From positions 178,436,001 through 178,500,000 of the forward strand of contig OZ024740.1 in NCBI GenBank assembly GCA_964016885.1: DNA of 64,000 nucleotides. The letters are read 5' to 3'. Of the stretch, positions 55,572 through 64,000 are shown one piece after another. The position numbers and the translations under genes were made by a program. Under the pieces are notes generated by a model. It was given only the letters and a program-made list of their open reading frames with translations. It searched no databases and was not told where the DNA came from. The stretch's first letter is position 1. Each line of letters starts with the position of its first letter. The stretch is from Eledone cirrhosa. Taxonomy: Eukaryota.

Positions 55572-57035
55572 AACTTTGCCTTTCATCCTTACGGGGTCTA
55601 TAAAATAAAGTACCAGTAATGCACTGGGTAATTGCTGGCCTTGTGCCAAAAGTAGAAACAATTATTAATACTAACAATAGTAGCATCACCACAAATAGCA
55701 ACAACAGCAATGATAATAATAATAAGGGTTTCAGATTTAGGCATAAGGCTAGCGTAGGGGAAAGTCGATTAAATCGACCTCAGTATATTACTGGTGCTTT
55801 AGTTTATCGACCCCGTAAGGATGAAAGGGAAACCTAACCTCGGCGGGATAAATAATAATTGTTTCTACTTTTGGCACAAGGCCAGCAATTATCTCAGTGT
55901 ATTACTGGTACTTTATTTTATCGACCCATGATGGATGAAAGGCAAAGTTAACCTCGGCGGGATTTGAACTCAGAATGGCAAGGGCCGTAACTCTAAGCTG
56001 CAAAGCATAGCGTCCGACCCTCTGCCGATACTGCCAATCTATAAATAATAATACTCTCCTATACATAATATTCACAAAACTGCATACGCGGCATAACACA
56101 CAAATTACGCAGAGTATTTCTAATACAATCGAAAATTTGATATATTAAAGAAGCTTCTGCAAAAAGCCAAGACATTGAGACTGGCGCTCTGTAATGCAGT
56201 GAAACAACGTAATGAAAATTTATAATAATAATCCTCGTTTCTGAAAGAGTGACATGATCAGAAATCTCATGGAGAGATCTAATAGCTTGTATCAAACAAT
56301 AACGATACTAACAATGATTTCTAATTTAGGTATATTGCCTAACAATTTTTATGCCAACTCCCGTAATAGTACATTGCATTCATTGTCTCCTAACTCCCGG
56401 GAAAGTCGTCGGAACGCCATATTGACATACGACGTTCTTGGGCATTTTGAAACCTGGTTGAGCTCTTCTCTTCTCCATGTTTGAACACAGCAGATTTCTT
56501 CCAAAGAACTATAGAGAGTGAGAGAATAGATGTGAGAAATAGATACAGAGGAAGAATCGATCCCACTACTAGACTGGTATTATTTCTATCGACCTTAGCG
56601 CGGTGGATTGGCAGTATTGGTAGAGGGTCGGACGCCATGCTTTGAAGCATAGAGTTACCTCCCTTTATGATCTGAGTTCAAATCCCGCCGAGGTTAACTT
56701 TGCCTTTACAGGGTCGATAAAATAAAGTACCAGTAATACACTGGGATAATTGCTGGCCTTGTGTCAAAAGTAGAAACAATTATTTCTATCGACCTTGATT
56801 TGATAAAAGGCAAAATTGACCTTGGTGGATTTGAACTCAGAGAGCAGAAAGCCGAAATGAAAGTCGCAAACGATTTTATTCGACGTTTTAACGACTCTGC
56901 CAATTTACAGCCTACTAGAATATTACTGATACTAATTTATACCAACAACGGAAGAATGAAATGTAAAGTGACTTCGGCAGGATTTGAAATCAGAATGTGG
57001 AGGTCCGACACTGACGATTCTACCGAACGCACTGC
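55572..57035. mobile_element. SINE cluster: 55572-55662(+), 55725-55848(-), 55856-56039(-), 56598-56780(+, TSD ATTATTTCTATCGACCTT, nested in an older - SINE ~56545-56905), 56935-57035(-)
   Basis: Consensus matches. Confidence 0.82.
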
Positions 57036-57842
57036 CCTAATAATAACACTAATAAAACAAAGGATGATGGACATGATCATCATCCAATCATTTATCTCAC
57101 TAATTGTTCCACTGTTTCTGTTCTGTCACCAATTGTTCTCCAGCGTTTACCAGAAAAATATCTTTTATATAACAGCAATTTGTAAACGCAAATGATGTGA
57201 AACTAATAAGATAATACTTTTAACACTTTAGTCTATATGTGTGTATGTATGCATGCATGCATGTATATGTTTGTATATGTATGTATGTACGTATGTATGT
57301 ATGTATGTATGTATGTATGTATGTATGTATGTATGTATGTATGTATGTATGCATGTATGTATGTATCTATGTATGTATGAATGTATGTATATATGTATGT
57401 TTGAACATCTCTCTCTCTCTCTCTACATACACACATATATACACATATATATATATACATGTATGTACACATACACATACACACAGTGACACGCCCCCCC
57501 CCCCACACACACACATACATATATATATATCTACTGAAAATTACATATGCATATACATACATACAGGTATACATATATACATATATGTGTGCATATATAT
57601 ATTAATTCTCCAGCAGCTTTTGTCTTCATTAGCGACTGATGAATGTCTTTGGCTAAACAATACCGCGCTGAAATGATAGACGATTTAATATAGAGTTATA
57701 GTGTCACATTCAATATATCCTCGTCTGTGATTTTAATAACATCCATTTATTATCGTATTAACGTCGTGTCCAATCAATCTATTTTTTAGTCTTTCGTTAG
57801 TTCTCATTACATACATACATCTGTCCATACGCACACGCATAG

Positions 57843-57965
<123 letters not shown>

Positions 57966-58147
57966 ATGTATATATATATTCATACATACATTCATACACG
58001 CACGTATGTACACATATATATATATATTCATGCATACACTCATACACGCACGTATGTACATGTACATATATATATATATATATATATATTACATATATAT
58101 GTATATATATATCGCTGAGCTGAGAAAATATACTTCATATATATATG

Positions 58148-58265
<118 letters not shown>

Positions 58266-58331
58266 GTATATATATACATATATATGAAGTATATTCTTAT
58301 ATTTTCTCAGCTATATATATATGTATATTTA

Positions 58332-58420
<89 letters not shown>

Positions 58421-58852
58421 TATATATATAATATATATACATATATATGAAGTATATTCTTATATTTTCTCAGCTCAGATTTCCAAACGATTTTTTTCTC
58501 GACTAGCTATTTAGCGGAGAAAAAAAATATATAAAATGCAATATGATAATAATAAAAATTGGACATTATTATTATATCCGTCTAGTCGATGTATTTGTAA
58601 GTTAATATCAACAAGTCTCTGTGGTGAACCAGTTGAGCAATTTTGCTGTTCTCAAATCATCTGCACATTCATCATTTTCGATTGGCAGTTCAAAAATCCT
58701 TAAATTACATACGTAACTACGTAGCTTGATAAGCTATAATGTGAACATCGAACAAATCAATGTAATTACAATCAATCTATAGAGGGGGCAGCCAGCTTAT
58801 CTTAGACGCGGCCACCAATCTGCTAACATGAATTACAACACACACATACACA

Positions 58853-58894
<42 letters not shown>

Positions 58895-58948
58895 TATATG
58901 TGTATTTGTATATTTGTATATATAGAAACATATATATATTTGTATATA

Positions 58949-59043
<95 letters not shown>

Positions 59044-59130
59044 AAAGTTCTATTTAAATAGTTGGGATGCAACAAGCAAATATTTTATAACTGATATAAA
59101 GCACTCAACAAATAATTGGAGTAAAAATAC

Positions 59131-59421
59131 GATATTAACAAATGGAAATTATATTTATAAAACCATATTTATTTCATTATACATATTTCAAGGACACCAA
59201 GTTAAATTATGGTGTGCTTTCATCAGATAAAATATAATATAGAGCAGTTTTATAAATAAATATTGACATACCCTTAAAGAATGCAACCATTACTGTTGGA
59301 AGCTCCCGGATATTATATTATATTATATTTTATCTGATGAAAGCACACCATAATTTAACTTGAAATATGTATAATGAAATAAATATGGTTTTATAAATAT
59401 ATTTTCCATTTGTTAATATCG
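59131..59421. mobile_element. Family H head-to-head pair with HHRs at 59171-59233(-) and 59327-59380(+)
   Basis: ATTTTAT CTGATGA AAG-C-ACACCA..TGGTGT-C-CTT GAA ATATGTAT A ATGAAAT; the + copy lacks 9 nt of stem II. Confidence 0.78.
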
Positions 59422-59459
<38 letters not shown>

Positions 59460-59593
59460 TGCATACAAATATTGGTTTGTGTGTTTGTTGTGTGCGTATT
59501 GTGTGTATGTGTTGTGTGTGTCTGTATATGTGCGTGATGTGAGAGTGTATACACGCACATATATATATATACAAGAATACATTATATCTATCA

Positions 59594-59710
<117 letters not shown>

Positions 59711-59740
59711 TCTCTCTCCCTCTATATATATATATATATA

Positions 59741-60551
59741 TATATTATATTATATTTGGAGTTTAAACTCAAAAAGTCATTTACAATTAATTAGCTCAAA
59801 GAAAGAAGCATTTCTGAGCCGTGAAATATAAGGTAATATAAATTAATATATGAAAAACACATAAGTGTTTGTATTGCAAAAGACGAAGTTAGCTAGAATG
59901 AAATAAACTAATTAAAATAAATATAGTTTGTCTGTCTCGATATAAATCAATAAAAACAAACCTATATTGGCAAAATTGGCAGTGATTCCTGGACAAATTT
60001 AAATTTCAAAATCCAAACCTGCTCCATAGATGAATTTGAACTTCAAAACCTAAATATGTTTCGCAACGATGGTATAAAAAGTGAAATAATCAAATCTTCT
60101 GTGCTTATCAACAGGAATCCAGAAAAATTAGGACATTTCACCTCCAAAAAATTTTGTAGGACTGGTTCACAAGTACAAACGCACGAGGTACACAGCTCAC
60201 TAGCTATCTCATACTCACAGTGCTAGAAATAACAGCCGTTTATATGGGATTAAAAATTACCTCAACACGCAAGGAGCCGTAATATTATATTATATTTAGT
60301 GTTTTAAATTCAAAAGTTCATTTACGAATTAATTAGCTCAAAGAAAGAAGCATTTCTGAGCCGTGAAATACAAGTTAATATAAATTAATATATGAAAAAC
60401 ATATTGCCAATATAGGTTTGTTTTTATTGATTTATATCGAGATAGACAAACTATATTTATTTTAATTAGTTTATTTCATTCTAGCTAACTTCGTCTTTTA
60501 CAATACACACACTTATGTGTTTTTCATATATTAATTTATATTAACTTGTAT
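59741..60551 (-). mobile_element. Retrozyme-like element C: 542-bp terminally redundant unit (59741-60400) plus inverted arm (60404-60551)
   Basis: TTAGCTCAAAGAAAGAAG at 59791 and 60333; arm is the reverse complement of ~59828-59973. Confidence 0.75.
59984..60119 (-). ncRNA. Type I hammerhead, U3-A8 core variant with very long stem III
   Basis: GATTCCTG TTGATAA GCA..TGC GAA AC[long hairpin]GT C CAGGAATC; GUC triplet. Confidence 0.78.
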
Positions 60552-60568
60552 ATATATAAATATATAAT

Positions 60569-60912
60569 GTAGGAGGTGAGTTTTATTGTAGTACAATAAA
60601 GCAATGCAGATATCGGATAAGAAGCACTCTACAGTTTGTAGGACTGGAGTATACATAATATATAAGATCAAAAGATGGTTAAATGAGTTCCATGTATTTT
60701 ATTATGCGCATTTCAAAAACAAATATCATCATGCAATAACATTTGTGTTTTCATCAGATAAAATAGGAGGACATGATATGAAGGTTAAAAACACTTGTCC
60801 TCCTATTTTATCTGATGAAAACACAAATGTTATTGCATGATGATCTTTGTTTTTGAAATGCGCATAATAAAATACATGGAACTCATTTAACCATCTTTTG
60901 ATCTTATATATT
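60569..60912. mobile_element. PLE family 2 short head-to-head pair (two HHRs)
   Basis: 60657-60773 is the reverse complement of 60796-60912. Confidence 0.85.
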
Positions 60913-61547
60913 ATATAAATATATATATATATATATAATATATATATATGTGTGGGTGTGAGTAATATATATATGCACATATATATAATAACTTTTATTT
61001 TATTTTATTTTATTTAATCGAACGGATGCCCTACCCCAGCATTATATCTCAAAATTTTGTCGCTACTCTATAGTATTTATCTGATATTTAAATATATGTA
61101 TAGTTTCATATGGGTGTTTTTGCTTGATAAAACTTTTAGGAAAAAATAGGATATCACGCTCATGAAATTGGCAGGTTTTGCTGGACAGGTTTTCTTGATA
61201 AATGTAGAGGTGAAAGAGTTCAATTTGATTATCTGAAAATCTGTGTGAGTAGAACGATTGTAGACAAACAAGTTGTTATTTATCTCTAGGTCAGCCCTGA
61301 TTAAGCGACTATCACTGTATTGTTTTGCGTCTAGTATTTCGTTTAAAACTTGTCCGTTTTTCGACAATATTAAGTTGCTGATTGTGGCAGATCTTGTCAC
61401 CGAGTACACCGGCATTCTCGTGGCTTTCAAACTTCGAATTCTTTATACCATGCACAATGCTTCAAGTAAACTACAAATTCTTTCTATAAATATATATATA
61501 TACATGTATGCATGTATACGTACATACATATATTCATACATATATAC

Positions 61548-61683
<136 letters not shown>

Positions 61684-61727
61684 TATATAAGTAAGAGTGA
61701 GAAATGAAATTTCGTTTCATTTTTTCC

Positions 61728-61788
<61 letters not shown>

Positions 61789-61799
61789 TGTGTATATAC

Positions 61800-61903
<104 letters not shown>

Positions 61904-61939
61904 GTATATATACATATATATATATACATATATATATAC

Positions 61940-62014
<75 letters not shown>

Positions 62015-62047
62015 CATATATATATACATATATATATACATATATAC

Positions 62048-62127
<80 letters not shown>

Positions 62128-62131
<4 letters not shown>

Positions 62132-64000
62132 CGTTTCTGAATTTGTTTAGCAAGATTCTTTATCTGAAATCGTGTGTTGAAACCGATATTGTTATACTTT
62201 GGGAGGGTCATGTTGCCAATAAGAAACACACGCACCAGTTGCTTTCACTTCAATTTAATTTAATATATATTTATAAATTTACAAATTTATAAATTTCTGG
62301 TTGGTTGGTTGGTTCCACAACCAGATAGTTGTTTATATATATATAGTCATAGTTCTTTCGTCACACACTCTGTGACCTCTTCAGTGACTGGGGATTTCTT
62401 TCTTCGTTTCTGTGCCTTTCCTTTCTTCTATCCTACGCCAATTTGTTTGTGTGTGGGTTGCGTGCTCAGTTTGCGCATGCGCCACATCCGGGTGTCTGTG
62501 TGTGTTTGTGTTCATTTTTCTATTTTTCTATTTATATTTGTTTGTTTATTTATTTATTTATTGTTGGTTGGTTGTTTGTTCTATGTGTGTGTGTGTTTTC
62601 ATTTTGTCTTGTGTGTGTTTTCATTTTGTGTGTGTTTTCAATTGTAAGTTGTTTGTTCTATGTGTGTGTGTGTTTTCATTTTGTCCTTAATTGTAAGTTG
62701 TGATGTTGCTGTTCCACTCATATTTTCTATTTAATTTTGGTTTTAATTCTTTTATGCTTACTGCCTCTGTAATTTGCCTAAACATTGCGTCTTTCTTGTG
62801 TGTGGATTCTATTTTTATTTCTATGCTCTCTAATTTACCCCTGTGTTCTATCTTAGCATGTTGGTAGAGCACAGATGATTCTTTACTATCTTGGAGGTCT
62901 CGCCAGTGTTCATTTATTCGTTCCCCTATACTACGAGCTGTCTCACCTATGTACACTATATTTTTGTTTCTACATTGTCCTTCAGTACATCTTATGCTAT
63001 ATACTACATTTCTAGTTTTACAGTTAATATGGGGGCTTATTTTACAGGTTATACATTTCTTATCTATACATGAGGGTCTTTGGAACGGGTATGTCTTGCT
63101 AATAAGTGTTTTTACGGAGGTACCAGGTCTTTCTACTATCTTAATATTGAGATTATGTTTCTTTAGGGCCCTTCTAAATTTGTAGGCTAGTTCGCCTCTA
63201 GGGGTTGTATTGATGAACATTACACTCTGGTATTTATTGCTATCATACCATGAGTTTATTCTATTGGCCTTGTTCTTAGTTCTTTCTATTCTATTCCAAA
63301 ATTTGCTCCTATACAAGGGGCAGGTCCCATTTATGTCATTATTTACCATTTTTTCCCATTTGGTTCTGGCTCCTTTATACACTCTGATTCTATCTCTCTG
63401 ATTGTAGCCAGAGAACTGCATACGGTGGATGAAGTGTTGTATGTGTCTCTCTAGTTCTTCGGGGTTGCACATGCGGGACACATTTCTCATCACCCGTACC
63501 AAATTCGCAATCAGTATGTTGATTTTGGTATGGTCCGAAATGGCCGAGTTTCGGTGGATCAGATGTTTGGAAGTCATGGGTTTGGCATAATGGGAATGGA
63601 GGATTTGTTTTTGGTTGTTAATAGTATCTAACCAGAGCTCTGTGTTTATATCATCAACGTAGCGGTAGTATATTATCAGGGTTAAGGGATCTTCTAATTG
63701 TTCTTTAAGTTTAAGTTTAAGTCTACTGTCCCACCATACCATGAATAAGTTAGCTATGTCGCCTGCAATGCTAACACCAATGGCTGCTCCTTCCTCTTGG
63801 GCATATGTTTTACCATTAAATTTGAACATATGTTCCTTAAGGGTTAATTTTATGCTGGCCCCTACCGCATGTGCAATCATTTTCTTCAGTTCATCGTGGT
63901 TTTCGGGTGTCCGTATGGCTCTGGTCCACCCGTTCCATCTATCTGTGTGGGTTTTCTTGGCCATTGAGGTAATGGTAGGTGGTCTGCCTCTTGCTGGTCT
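62128..64000 (-). mobile_element. Naiad-like PLE (runs off the window end)
   Basis: Same termini, HHR and ORF as the other copies. Confidence 0.92.
62687..64000 (-). CDS. PLE RT + GIY-YIG endonuclease, partial, open frame with an internal in-frame deletion
   Basis: More than 425 aa open; RYVDDIN joins directly to TELWL, about 52 codons missing versus other copies. Confidence 0.8.
   Translation of the reverse strand, partial: RPARGRPPTITSMAKKTHTDRWNGWTRAIRTPENHDELKKMIAHAVGASIKLTLKEHMFKFNGKTYAQEEGAAIGVSIAGDIANLFMVWWDSRLKLKLKEQLEDPLTLIIYYRYVDDINTELWLDTINNQKQILHSHYAKPMTSKHLIHRNSAISDHTKINILIANLVRVMRNVSRMCNPEELERHIQHFIHRMQFSGYNQRDRIRVYKGARTKWEKMVNNDINGTCPLYRSKFWNRIERTKNKANRINSWYDSNKYQSVMFINTTPRGELAYKFRRALKKHNLNIKIVERPGTSVKTLISKTYPFQRPSCIDKKCITCKISPHINCKTRNVVYSIRCTEGQCRNKNIVYIGETARSIGERINEHWRDLQDSKESSVLYQHAKIEHRGKLESIEIKIESTHKKDAMFRQITEAVSIKELKPKLNRKYEWNSNITTYN

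Noticed and set aside
62687-64000. Selenoprotein recoding (in-frame UGA + SECIS), reported for some Naiad PLEs
   Set aside because: The visible ORF has no in-frame TGA, and I saw no convincing SECIS in the 3' UTR.

Overview
AT-rich eukaryotic, repeat-dominated DNA. The tRNA-derived SINEs resemble octopus OK/OR-type SINEs, so the source is probably an octopod. I found no supportable host protein-coding gene; most short ORFs in the track are translations of (TA)n/(CA)n microsatellites. The window holds many retroelements inserted into (TA)n tracts: five copies of a Naiad-like Penelope-like element (RT + GIY-YIG), other Penelope 3' ends, a decayed CRE-like LINE, about 18 SINEs, an RTE-derived non-autonomous element, Helitron-like elements, a Tc1 relic and a piggyBac-type MITE. 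The main signal is a high density of type I hammerhead ribozymes (HHRs), read by eye. Four non-coding, terminally redundant elements with ~485-543-bp periods (3.5-4.5, 21.8-22.5, 33.0-33.9 and 59.7-60.6 kb) share short conserved blocks. They carry HHRs whose 3-8 core pair covaries: G3-C8 (GUGAACA), U3-A8 (UUGAUAA) and C3-G8. They are candidates for a retrozyme superfamily that canonical CUGANGA searches would largely miss. A separate ~430-bp tandem retrozyme with a canonical core is also present. All folds and boundaries are manual and untested.
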